From Octopus bimaculoides (Eukaryota): 64,000 nucleotides of DNA. A model generated the notes under the pieces. It was not told the DNA's origin and did no database searches. It saw only the letters and a list, made by a program, of their open reading frames with translations. Shown piece by piece: positions 51,590 to 63,395 of the stretch; position 1 is the first letter of the stretch; the number at the start of each line of letters is the position of its first letter. Position numbers and translations under genes: made by a program. The stretch lies in contig NC_068981.1 of assembly GCF_001194135.2 (NCBI RefSeq), forward strand, positions 106,812,430 to 106,876,429. The letters are read 5' to 3'.

Positions 51590-52736
51590 GGTGCAAATCA
51601 ACAAATACTGACAGCACTGCTAAATGTATGCACATACAACAAAGCAGTGTCGTACAACAAACGTAGTGTCGTAATAATGGCGAAAAGTAAAGAACTCACA
51701 AATTCAGTGAAAAACTTAATTATTGAACAGTGGAAAGCAGGTAAAAGTTACAGGAAAATATCAGAGACCCTTTGTATTCCATTTTCTACCATATCTTCAT
51801 TTATTCAAAAATATAAAAAATCGGGAACTGTTGAAAACAGAATAAGATCTGGTGCACCACGCAAGATTTCCCCTAGATATTTAAGAAAAATGAACTGAAT
51901 TATCGAAAAAAACGCAATGATCACCAGAAACGAGTTGCAAGAAGCTTTGTTAGCTTCAGGGACTAGTGTTACACTATGAACAATCAGTAATGAACTTGAT
52001 AGGAATGAACTGAAGTCATGCTCTTCCAGAAAAACTCTGCTGTTGACTAAAAGGCATAGAGATGCCCGTTTAAAATTTGTTCATGAAAAATGAAGATAAA
52101 TCTGATACATTCTGGGAAAATGTTCTTTGGACAGACAAGTCGAAAATTGAATTGTTTGGACGAAATTCACGTAGCCATGTTTGGAGGAAAGATGGTACCA
52201 CCTTTTCGCCGAAAAACACAATTCCTACTGTAAAGTTTGGAGGTGGCAACATCATTGTGTAGGGGTGTTTCTCTGCAAATGGCATTGGCAATTTACATGT
52301 GATAGATGGGATAGAATGAATGCAGAGATGTACCAAAATATTTCGAACAGTAATTTATGGGACTCTAGAAAAGTTCCAGCTTTGTGAAGGATGGGTTNNN
52401 NNNNNNNATGGGAAAAAATTCCTAAAGAAACATGCGAGTCATTGATTAAGAACTACAAGAAGAGATTGGTTGAAGTGGAACTGAATAATGGTTATGCTAC
52501 GAAGTATTAAATCAGAATTATCAGTTATTTATGTTCTGTAGGAATACTTTTTTCATCCCTGAATATTTATATTTCTATATAAATTCATTAGTTACTATAA
52601 TTTATTAGTTTCTTTTGCATATTCTTAGTTTATGTATGTGTATGCAAATATAGTATTGGTATATCCCATTTATGTTCATTAGAAATTAAATATATAAAGA
52701 ATTTTGACATGTATGAATGTTTATTTCCTCCCACTG
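51590..52736 (+). mobile_element. Tc1-family transposon, left end missing
   Basis: Right end gtatgaatgtttatttcctcccactg|TA with an inner related repeat at 52538-52561; no matching left TIR found. Confidence 0.9.
51677..52510 (+). pseudogene. Inactivated Tc1 transposase
   Basis: MAKSKEL...GKSYRKIS (paired-like HTH), RSGAPRK (GRPR-like), VLWTDKSKIELFG, TVKFGGGNIIV*GCFS and C-terminal GYATKY*; stops, frameshifts and a 10-N gap (52398-52407) over the second D/E region. Confidence 0.88.
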
Positions 52737-53029
52737 TATATACACATGTTTATGTGTATGTATATTTAGATATATGTATATTGATTTATTTGATTAACTA
52801 ATTTAAATAGATATACTCTTAGTAATTAAGCAGAAACATCTGTCGGAAAATTATTTATATGGATAATTAAATAAAGGATTATTATATCTGTTTTCATTGT
52901 CTACCTTATTACATTTTCTCAGGACCTACTATCTTAAATATTTTAACTAGAATTAATGCTGTGTGGTCAGAACCAAATTTGAGACTGAACTGATATCTAA
53001 CTGGACTTAGCTCCCTACTTTGTTATATA

Positions 53030-53242
53030 TATGTCTGTGTATGTGTGTCTGTCTGTCTGTCTTCATGCCCCCACCATCACTTGACAACTGATGTTGCTGT
53101 GTTTACATCTCTGTAACTTAACCGTTTGGCAAAACACTCTGATAGAATAAGTTCTAGGCTTACAAAGAATAAATCCTGGGGTCGATTTCTTCCATCAAAG
53201 GTGATGCTCCAGCATGTCTACAGTCACATGACTGAAATAAGG
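53030..53242 (+). mobile_element. 3' half of the tRNA-derived SINE (17351-17748 family)
   Basis: cttgacaactgatgttg...gcttacaaagaataaatcctggggtcgatt...atgactgaaataag. Confidence 0.8.
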
Positions 53243-53371
53243 AAAACAATAAAAAAACTGCCATTTTAATCCGAGCAACACGCGTGTATCTCTGCCAGTT
53301 TTAAATTGGAAAGAGAAACAAAACATGCATGCACACATACATACATATTGATGCTCATGTAAAGACAGACG

Positions 53372-53402
<31 letters not shown>

Positions 53403-53793
53403 GCATGTAACAGCTTAGGAAAGGTTCATTAATTCTTGTGAAGAGAATGCTTTGGGTCAAGATAAAGTTTTTCTCTGTACTTCTTGGTGAGAGTTGATCT
53501 GAGATGAGGGAATGACCAGGTGAATAATACATCTAATATTTTTTTGAGATTGCAAATAGAATAGAAGCATTTAAAGGTATCAGAATGGAAGCTACAGAAG
53601 GAAAAGAAGTTTCTCACTAAGCGGTTACATAAGCCTTTATCCCTGTTTGATGGAGATGAAAGGAAGATTAGGAAAGACAGTGATCTGTAAGGGGGTGAGA
53701 AGTAAAGAAAGAAAGCTGCAAAGGATGCTTTATTGAAGATGCTTACCATTATATATAAGCATCATTTATTACCAGTATATGTTACCATTAGTC

Positions 53794-54132
53794 AAGGCAC
53801 ATGGCTCAGTGGTTAGAGCATTGGGCTCACAATCATACGCTAGTGAGTTCAATTCCATGACCATGCTGTGTGTTGTGTTCTTGAGCAAGTCACTTTATTT
53901 CATGTTACTCCAGTTCACTCAACTGTAGAAATGAGTTACAACATCACCGGTGCCAAGATGATGCAACCATTGCCTTTCCCTTGGATAACATTGCTGGTGT
54001 GGAGAGGAGGAGGCTGGTATGCATGGGCAGCTGCTGGTCTTCCTTAAACAACTTTGCCTGTTTGTGCCTCAGTGGGTAACTTTCTAGGTGCACTCTAATG
54101 GTCATTTATGACCAAAGGGGGTCTTTACCCTT
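53794..54132 (+). mobile_element. Full-length tRNA-derived SINE of the second family, CORE/V/Meta-like central domain
   Basis: A-box tggctcagtggttagagc, B-box gagttcaattcc, then gttgtgttcttgagcaagtcacttt...ctccagttcactcaactgtagaaatgag. Confidence 0.85.
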
Positions 54133-54751
54133 TCTGTTACCATCGCATTGTTATCATGTAATACCATTATGTAGTGTCAGCTAATAATTTCATTACTGCC
54201 ATATTATCATTGTGTATTACTGTACTGTATTACCAATTTGTATTTTCATCATGTAATACTACAAATATGATGTTATCATCATGCATTATTATCACATATT
54301 AGCATCATGTTTTATATCTATATCTTGCCAATATACCTCACCTCCATTATGAATGACCACCATATATTAGTCACGTCTCACTGTTTTTGTTTTAATATCA
54401 TAACTATTACCAGATAAAGTACTGGTTATATCGTGAACTACATATATCGCTTATGTTTGTATAGAAAGTAATCTTTTTTTATATTAACATGCCAGTAGTT
54501 TTATGTTTCTGATGTCTATTTCTATCATCCTCCCATTCTTTATTGCAATAAATTCCGTTTTTCAAAACACTTCAACAGATGAGATATTCAGTGTGGAAAA
54601 AAAAAAAGCATCAGGATTCATATTTCTTTAGTACTATGTATTTTAAATTAAATTACTTCAATATTACTTCTTAGATGTAACATCTTCAGATTTTTCATGC
54701 TTTGAAAATCCAAGGTCTCTCTCTCTCTCTCTCTCTCTCTCTGGGATTTAA

Positions 54752-54966
54752 CTCCATAGCGTTCAGATTACTCTGTCAAATGAAATATTCATTCACATTG
54801 TTTTATTTAATCATACATTGTCTTGTAGCAATGAGATTTCAATGATGTGATTGTTTATTTTTAGAATGACATTGTAGGATAGGTGTGAGAGGCTAGATCT
54901 GGCCAGTTTGAACATAAAACAGGTAGAATATTTGGGCCTGATATGACCAATTTAAATGTTAGAGAG
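54752..54966. mobile_element. piggyBac-type MITE
   Basis: ttaa|ctccatagcgttcagattactctgtcaaatg ... aatgttagagag; interior matches the other copies. Confidence 0.85.
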
Positions 54967-56943
54967 TTCAATACTGTCACTATAAAATAATCCCTTCATC
55001 CCTGTGGGATTAATAGGTACCAGATTAATTAAACTTGGCTATGAAAGTTAGAACCAACTGTATTGTTGACATACTAGTTTAAGGATTCATGATCTTATAT
55101 CAGAATTGTTGTCAGTTGTCTAATTAAAGATGAAGAAAAAAAAGGAAAAAAAATAGACAGCAGACTAGGAGCTTGTCTTAAAGATGTGTCTCACTTGTTT
55201 AACATTTAGAAATTCTGAGTCTGCATGATTATGAAGTCAATATTATGACTGTGCTTATATGGCTTATTGAGTCATCTGATTAAAAACACTTTTTTTCGAC
55301 ACTGATTAATGTAATTAATCTCACTTTATTTATCTCTATCAAAGCCACAATTCATAGATAAGTTCTTAAACTTTCTGCTTTATAATAGCATTGAAAGATC
55401 CTATCATTTATTTAGTAAAGTTACCTGAAATCTATTATAAATGTCAAGGTAAAAACAAGTGAATTCAAATCAAATTAGAAAATCAGGTAGGTGTCACTTG
55501 ACTCCTTTTCTCTCATCTGTTTCCAGTGACTATCTTCTTTGATGTCAAAATTATTAAAACATTTTTTAACACTTAGGTTTTTATTTTTATTTGAATTTGT
55601 GCTTGTTATCTTCATTGGATTTGTCAAATCTCCCACCTTTGGTGGACTTTCCAGCATTCATTTCAACATTCACTTACAGTTGCAAAACAGTACTAGTTAA
55701 CAAAATAATGTTTTGTCCTTGTAGATGAAGCTAGCTTTTTATTAAAATATACTTTGGGCGCCAATTCTAACTTCCTTACTTTTTAAATATGATAGGTTTT
55801 TTTTTTTGGTTTTTTTTTTTTCAATTTCATCTAAGATATATTAAATAGCGTTTTATACAAAACATACTGCTTGATTCCAAAATTGATTTATTTGTAGAAC
55901 TGAAACTCACAGTGTACACTTGATTAACTTGTGCATAATTAATTTTAGCTGTATAGATACACATGTAATTGAAGAATATGCATTACTGCAAGTTAATTTA
56001 GTGTTGTGAGCATCATTTTCTCTTATAAACCTGTTTTGGGTCATTACGATATAGTATCCAACATTAGCCATCATATGCTAGCTTTAAAATTCTTGGTCTC
56101 ATGGTTCCATTGCATAGAATTTTGATTGAATCAATCTAGTTTTTTGAATGTAGTAAGTGTATTTTTAACAACATTCAACTGAAAGTTCTCAACTCCACCA
56201 CTATATACAGATGATTTATTGTTTTCTAGAAATTTTTCGGTAACTATTCCAGTTTATTAGGAGTTTCTTCTAATTCAGTTTTTTAAAAAACTCTTTGGTT
56301 TGCAGTTCAGCAAAAATTTCTCTGTTTAAGTATGTTGACAATTTCTTTAGAAAAATAACTGAAATCTTTTGAATTGGCTTTATTAATATGGAAATGTGGT
56401 AGAAATGTCTCATTATGGTTAACCTTCACATTAGTATCTTTGAGATCTTCATAGTTCTCACTGATGTTCTATAATCCAAATGGTAGTGAATTGAATTGAG
56501 CAGAATATTATCATGGCTCATTTTGGTAGACATTGTAGAAATGTTTCCAAAGTGAAAAGTCACCAATCAGATGCTACCTGAGTCTGAGATAAGTCTGTGA
56601 TGTGTTCATTGATCCTCTTATCAAGCTAAGCAAATTCAATGTGGTTCCCACTGTCTTAATTGCTTCTGTGAAAAGTGTGGTGTATCTTGTATTTTCATAA
56701 GATGCATTTTAACAGGTCATTGTGTCTTTGTTGTAAAAGTGCTTCACACTTTGAAAATGTCTGAATAATTTTTTACATTCACAAGCCATGCTGATTAAAT
56801 GGCAGTGATATGAGCAAATATTCTGAAAAACTTATTTAATATATTTAATATATAATTGGTCTTACAGTTCCATATTTGAGAAATGAGGAATTATGTACAT
56901 TATTTTCATTTGATGAATATTTGTCCTCATCTTGTTTGTTGTT

Positions 56944-56989
56944 AACACAACATTTCAGCTGATGTACTCTCCAGCCTTCATCAGGTGTT
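56944..56989 (-). ncRNA. Minimal type I hammerhead ribozyme motif (helix III altered)
   Basis: AACAC-CUGAUGA-A-GGCUG-(10 nt)-CAGCU-GAAA-UGUU-GUGUU; helices I and II pair. Confidence 0.65.
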
Positions 56990-57039
56990 CTGGGGGAATT
57001 TTGAACCTGGGTTCTCATTCCAAAAGTATTTTTCTGATA

Positions 57040-57092
<53 letters not shown>

Positions 57093-57094
57093 TA

Positions 57095-57160
57095 GGTTAC
57101 TGCCTGGAATCAAACTCAGAATCTTGGAGTTAGTAGCTCTTAATCACTATGCCATATGCC
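57095..57160 (-). other. tRNA-like Pol III cassette, left-arm copy with a short deletion
   Basis: tggcatagtgattaagag (A box) and gagtttgattcc (B box), followed by (TAA)n. Confidence 0.6.
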
Positions 57161-57480
57161 TGTAGGTAATTATGGAGTGAATTTTAGGGCTTATAAATCT
57201 AATATTTTCCTATCCTTCCTTAATACCGGTTCCCCTATGCTACTCATATCTGCACTAGGTTTGCTTAGGAGGTTATTATGTCCTACCATATGTGTGCCTC
57301 TTTTAGTTTTTGTATTTTCCAGTGATGTTCTCTGTCTATTATTTTAACTTCATCCCACAGGGTGAGGTGGTCTCCAGTTTTCTATACATGATCAGCTATA
57401 TCTGATCTATCAATATCTCCTTGTGTCACAGCTTTGCGATGTTCCTCCACCCTTATTTTGAGGGGGCGACATGTTTCACC

Positions 57481-57789
57481 TGTGGTAGGTTATACAAGGA
57501 GGAAACACGCCGCCCCCTCAAAATAAGGGTAGAGGAACATCGCAAAACTGTAACATGAGAAGATATTGATAAATCAGGTATAGCTGATCATGTATGGAAA
57601 AACAGAGACCACCTCCCCCTGTGGGATGAAGTTAAAATAATAGACAGAGAACACCAATGGAAAATACAAAAACTAAAAGAGGCAGCGTATATGCTCAGAC
57701 ATAGTAACCTCTTAAGCAGACCTAGTGCAGATATGGGTAACATATAGGAACCGGTATTAAGGAAGGATAGGAAAATATTAGAGTTATAA
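57481..57789 (+). pseudogene. C-terminal GIY-YIG endonuclease remnant of a Penelope-like element
   Basis: One frame: CGRLYKEETRRPLKIRVEEHRK...SGIADHVW...WDEVKIIDRE...KLKEA (C..YIGET.R.L..R..EH pattern); premature TGA at 57556 and TAG at 57745, terminal TAA at 57787. Confidence 0.88.
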
Positions 57790-57818
57790 GCCCTTAAATT
57801 CACTCCATAATTGCCCAC

Positions 57819-57892
57819 GGACATGTGACATAGTGGTTAAGAGTACGGGCTATTAACCTCCAAGATTCTGAATTCAATTCCTGGCAGTGACC
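57819..57892 (+). other. tRNA-like Pol III cassette inside the Penelope-like 3' region (not a functional tRNA)
   Basis: 74 nt; A-box-like tgacatagtggttaagag, anticodon-like arm cggg-ctattaa-cctc, B-box-like gaattcaattcc; imperfect acceptor stem. Confidence 0.65.
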
Positions 57893-57965
57893 TGAATAAT
57901 AATAATGATAATAACATCGGAAAAATACCTTAGAAATGAGAACCCAGATTCGAAAGTCCCCCCTG

Positions 57966-58011
57966 GGCACCTGATGAAGGTTGTAGAGTACATCAGTTGA
58001 AACGTTGTGCT
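57966..58011 (+). ncRNA. Minimal type I hammerhead ribozyme motif
   Basis: GGCAC-CUGAUGA-A-GGUUG-(10 nt)-CAGUU-GAAA-CGUU-GUGCU; intact CUGAUGA/GAAA core and palindromic ACGU in place of helix III, as described for Penelope-like elements. Confidence 0.75.
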
Positions 58012-58694
58012 AAGAACAAACAAGATGAGGACAAATATCCATCAAATGTAAATAATCTTGAACTGTACGGACTGATAGAAAAAACCCCAAGACAGTTTTA
58101 AAATCAGCATTAAAAATGCTTTCTGATTTACTCAAAACTATCTTTAAAGGAAATTCTTTGTTGTCCAGTATAATTATATATCTTCAGCCAACTTTGTATT
58201 GTACATGAAATCTGTCATATATTCCTCTTTTATTACTTGTTGCTCACCTGCCAACATTAGTTGTGTCATCTTGTTCTGTAGTTCACATAATTGTTCTAGT
58301 CTGAAGTTAGCCCCACTTAACCCAGTATTTTTAAAGGTATTAATTAATTTGTATCTGTCTCTTTCTAGCACTGGCCATTGTAGTAGTCAGTGTTTCAATA
58401 TTTCTGTTTTGTCTTCTTTCGTAGCTCTTCTATATCTGTTTCATATATTCTTTTATTACACTTTGTGTTATCTCTCCAACTTCACTATCAGAAGACACAT
58501 TCATTTACTTGATGTTCATTACCATCTTCCTTTTGTAGTAGTTTATGATAGTCTGCCAACTTGTAGATGAAAGAACTGGTGCAGTGGAGATTTCTTTGCA
58601 ACAATTGTCATGATACTAATGCCATTCTATTCTACAGAATTAGTTGTAACTTGATTCAGTACTTTCTCAGAAAATGTATTTCAGATATATAAAT

Positions 58695-58697
<3 letters not shown>

Positions 58698-58767
<70 letters not shown>

Positions 58768-58768
58768 C
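58698..58768. repeat. (CA)n-(TA)n microsatellite
   Basis: Read directly. Confidence 0.95.
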
Positions 58769-59805
58769 TTACTGAATTTTAGTAACATTTTCTGTCTTTG
58801 TTTCTGGTTTTAGTAACAATATGTAACAACAGTGATGAGTGATTTCCTATGTGACCATTAAAGTTTCTGGCTAGAACAGTCATGTCTGCATCAATTATGT
58901 ATGAGGCAACCTTTAACAGAGAGTTCTTGAAGATATTTTCACCACTGGTGCTAGTTAATCTACTTTAACACTAGTTTGCACATATTTTCAGTCCTCACAT
59001 ATAATGTACAATTAACTTCTGTTTCACAACTGACTGGGTCATTAGATAAGGCAAAACTATTAATTCAGGGGTTATAATTTTGAATCCCATTGTTCTATTG
59101 ACCTTGTTATCAAACACAAAACGTTGAGGTAGTCTGCTATTTAATGTTTCAGTTGATTTTACACTTGCTCAAATAATTCCTAGAAATATTTACATTTACA
59201 TAAGTATCCCACCGACACTGGCATAACAAAAACAAATTACAGTACTCCTTACCTCATCCTGGTAAAAAAAAAAGATCAATAAACTAAGATATTTTAAGAA
59301 CCAGTAATGTCTCTGCCAACTTTTTCCGTTGACCCTTGATATAATGGACTACATGGGATAGCAGTTGCCTGATAATAGTGATTGCCTGTTGTATCTAAGA
59401 ATAAGAACTGTCTGTTCTACATGACAATAGCCAAAATATAACAAAAGGTAGCATAAATATAATAAGCTATACAGAAAAAGTATTAAAGTATCATGCAGAT
59501 AATACAATAGAAAATGCACAACTCACGATAATGTCTTTCTTTAGATGTCATATTCAACTATATTATAAACTTTACATAAAATGTGATAAGAAACAGATTG
59601 CAGCAAATATGTTGAAAAAGAAACATCAAAATACATCTAACAATACTTGCTTTACTGCCTAGCATATATATTCCTAGCACTGACATCACTATTTGAGAAT
59701 ATCAAATATTTCTATTCTACATGTATGAATTGGAACTCGTAGATTTGACCCTTTGCTCAACATATATTGCAGCCTTAACATTGTAGGATCAACTATATTA
59801 TTCTT

Positions 59806-59806
<1 letters not shown>

Positions 59807-59872
<66 letters not shown>

Positions 59873-59876
59873 GTGT

Positions 59877-59917
<41 letters not shown>
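59807..59917. repeat. Compound (CT)n-(TA)n microsatellite
   Basis: Read directly. Confidence 0.95.
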
Positions 59918-59919
<2 letters not shown>

Positions 59920-60140
59920 CTTTGTTGTTGATGGTACATTTTTACACATCTCTGTTTTAGTTTTAATTTGCTAGATAACAATGTTTAACCCTTGTGATCA
60001 TTTACAACCAGGGGACTGCCTATATGTTTCAGTTCATTTTAATATAATCAAAATGTTTGAATGATTTATTAAAATAGCTATAACTTCTAATACCAGCATA
60101 ACATATCTAGTAAGATGTGAGATTTTAATTTTATATGAAG

Positions 60141-60312
60141 AGGCACAGGCGGCATGGCTGTGTGATTAAGAATTTCACTTCCCCAAAACATAGTTTTGAG
60201 TTCAGTCCCACTGTGTGGCACCTTGGGAAAATTTCTCCTTTTATAGTTCCAGGCCAAGCAAAGCCTTATGAGTGGATTTGGTAGACAGAAACTGGAAAAA
60301 GCCTGTTGTATG
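60141..60312 (+). mobile_element. 5' half of the tRNA-derived SINE (17351-17748 family)
   Basis: ggcatggctgtgtgattaag...gttcagtcccactgtgtggcaccttggg...gagtggatttggtagacagaaactgg. Confidence 0.8.
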
Positions 60313-61699
60313 TCTCGCCAAAACAATGATGATGATAAATCACAGTCTTTAGTACAAGTAGTCTCAGATGAATTAGTGCTAAATGTTTCAGCTTGACATT
60401 CCAGTCAGTTACACTCTGAACCAACAGTAAAACTATCAAAGAAAAGTAATGTCTTTTTCTTTTTACTTTATTTGGCGGGGGGGTTGTCATAATTTATCAG
60501 AAATATAACCTGTTTTTGATTCAAGAGACCTTCCTGACTACTCTGGGCTGTAGTAAAATAAAATCTTGAATTCAAGATATCTAGTAGGACATCAGAATAG
60601 CATTATTGTGTTTAGCATTTGAACAGGTGGTCAGCTAGGTGTATAGTTTCCTGAATAAATCTACTTTAAAACTGAATCTGGAACTAAAATGGCTTAAAGA
60701 CATTTTATGCATTGGAATTTAAAGATTTTTTTTTGTTTGTTTTCCTATAATTTAAAATTATTTTAATGTAACATATTTCTTTACTAATCCTAATTTATAT
60801 TGACTAATCAGTTGATTGTTTCTAAAACTTCAAGAAGCTAGTGTATTTTTTTTTTAACCTGTTTGTATAGTTTAGGTAATTTATCTCTAGTAAATTAACG
60901 AGTAGATTTGAACCCAACATCAAAAGCTAATGAAGCATTCATCTGCTATAGTTCCCTTGCTGCTTGTCATAATGAATTGTCCTTCCCATAGTAACTGATT
61001 ACAGCTAGGTGAACTGGAATCCATAAGAGCTTACTATGTTTGCTAGAAAACACAACTTCAAGCGCATGACTGGATACAGACCAATCTGCTCTCAGTTTTT
61101 TTATTAACTAATCATTTAATCAACTGGAACTGAAATTAGACTTTCTCATTAAATATTTTGCTTCAAATTTTTCAGGAGCTTTACGTGGGTCATAACTGGA
61201 TGATACTAATACAGAAGAGTGCAACTAGATGTGCTCACCAAAATTATGAATCTTTATGTAGAGTAGTTTTATTTATGATTGCAATAGAATTTGTACAGTA
61301 GCATGCAAACAACTTACAGCTCAGACACCAATACATGACTAGCTTATCATAGCTACATTTTAGCATAACATTTCCTTCATTTCATTTCATGAACTTAGAT
61401 GTTGTAATATAGGGACATAGAAACTTAAAACACCAAAATATTTCAACTCTTCAGCAACTTATGAAAGACTAGAGCCTTTTACAAGATTACAAAATGTTAT
61501 GTAAAAGCAAAAAAAACAAAAAAACTTGTAGATTATTTATTGCCTCTTAATAGTGATAGGTTTCCTTATGTTAGTGTTATTTGTTCATTTGCTATCTCTG
61601 TGTTCTCCAGAATGTTCTTGCTTACCTACTTGTATTTAGTGCGATTCTAATTCTGCAGCCTTAGTACTCCTAGGGTATTATTTTATATGTATTTATATA

Positions 61700-61701
<2 letters not shown>

Positions 61702-61780
<79 letters not shown>
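61702..61780. repeat. (TA)n-(GA)n microsatellite
   Basis: Read directly. Confidence 0.95.
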
Positions 61781-61781
<1 letters not shown>

Positions 61782-63395
61782 TAATGTTATCCTGATATCT
61801 TGGTTATTGCTGTCTGTTTTCTCTCCATCATTCCTCTTATTTCCATTTATTCAACCATGCATGATTAAGTTGTGATTTTTAATGTATCATTATAACTGTC
61901 TCCTCTTCCTTCCCCCATTTCAAATAGAAAATCTATCAATGGAAGAAGTGTTTCCTGTTGTATCCCTTCACTGTCGACACTATTCAACTTTGTTGACATG
62001 GCTGAAAGATCAGTAGTTATCAAATTAATATTACTGCCTGCCTTCATAGCTTTGCTTCATTTCACTATTTCTTCAAACTCGTTCATCCATTATCTCATTT
62101 ATTTCCCCTCTCTTTTAATTCTAACTTTATACTTCAAACTCATTTTTCCACTTATATCCTATATAGATATATATACTGTAAATAACTGCTTGTCATTCTA
62201 TCATGTATTCTACAGTCTGATATCATGATATCATCAACTGAAGTAATTCTGCCATGTGGTATTCATTATTTGAATGATACTAAAATTTGATTTACAATCT
62301 CTACTTAGAATAGTTGTGTGTTTAATGTTGAAAAATCTTTATCAATTTATATCTCACTTTGGGTCTTCCCTTCTATCACTTATACTTAACAATTGATATA
62401 TGTATGTATGCACATACACTGTTTTTGTTTTCCTGTTTTTATTGAAGAAAGTATCATTGCTAATAATGAAAAAAAAAACATTCAACTAAATACAACTTGT
62501 ATATTTTATTCCACCTCCTACTGCACACAAATTTTGAGCTTAGTGAATTAGTAATCAATATTAACACGTTATATTGAACATAGAGATATTGTAACTTCAG
62601 AATTGCTTGTCAGTTAATCACGTATTTTATTTGTTCCAAGAGTTAATTACTCTTCATATTCGGTTTCTAAGGTATTTCATTAAAAAGGATTAAGTAACTT
62701 TATTATAAATAAAGATAATAATATAAATGATAGATGCTTATAAGCTGTAATCTTAATTTATTTTATAATTTTTTTCTTCATCAAATGCCAGCTGAAGGAA
62801 AAAATCCTTACCTCTATTTAGCATTAGCAGTTATAGAATATATTTTGTATGATATCTTTCATTTATGTTCCTTTAGAAAAAGAGTCTGAGTATATTGTAA
62901 GATAGTTTTCAAATAGCCTCTGTAGAAATTGGTGTTATAGCATTAGGTTAACCAAAAATCCCTAAAACAAAGTTATCGCTTGCCAAACATTATTTTTGAA
63001 TCTGTTGGAATGAATAGATTGAGTTGCTACTTTTCTTTCTACTTAGTTTTTATATTCAGTTCACTCTTTAGAGATAAATCTTTTAGCTAAGAATGACAGC
63101 AAACATGTCTTTGAATAGAACAACATTATAATATGTTGTAAGGTATATTCGCTTATCAAAACTGTGCTTTGTAGTGAGGGGAAACAAATTATATAAGAAT
63201 GGAGAAAAGGACATGGTTGCTATATGTAGCAAAAATGGTTTGGAAGTTAAACTGCTCTATTATTAACCATGTGGTCATGAATATAAACATTACCTCAACT
63301 ATTCTACTGTGGTTTAACTCCTATGTCAATCCTGATTGAGTATACCTATGATCAGAGGTGACCATTACACTTCTTTGTTGTTTCTTTTTTAATGT

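Larger units (their letters stand above)
56896..57480 (-). mobile_element. Penelope-like retroelement 3' fragment (left arm of palindrome)
   Basis: Reverse complement of 57499-58056; translates GETCRPLKIRVEEHRKAVTQG... Confidence 0.9.
57481..58056 (+). mobile_element. Penelope-like retroelement 3' fragment (right arm of palindrome)
   Basis: Endonuclease remnant, then a 3' region with tRNA-like cassette, (TAA)n and hammerhead motif. Confidence 0.92.

Noticed and set aside
55480-55660. Possible gag zinc-knuckle remnant on the minus strand
   Set aside because: Needs several frameshifts and stop reversions to give CCHC spacing; too degenerate to support.
57819-57892. Genuine tRNA gene
   Set aside because: Acceptor stem is mismatched, the anticodon differs between the two arms (ATT vs ACT), and it is embedded in a retroelement.
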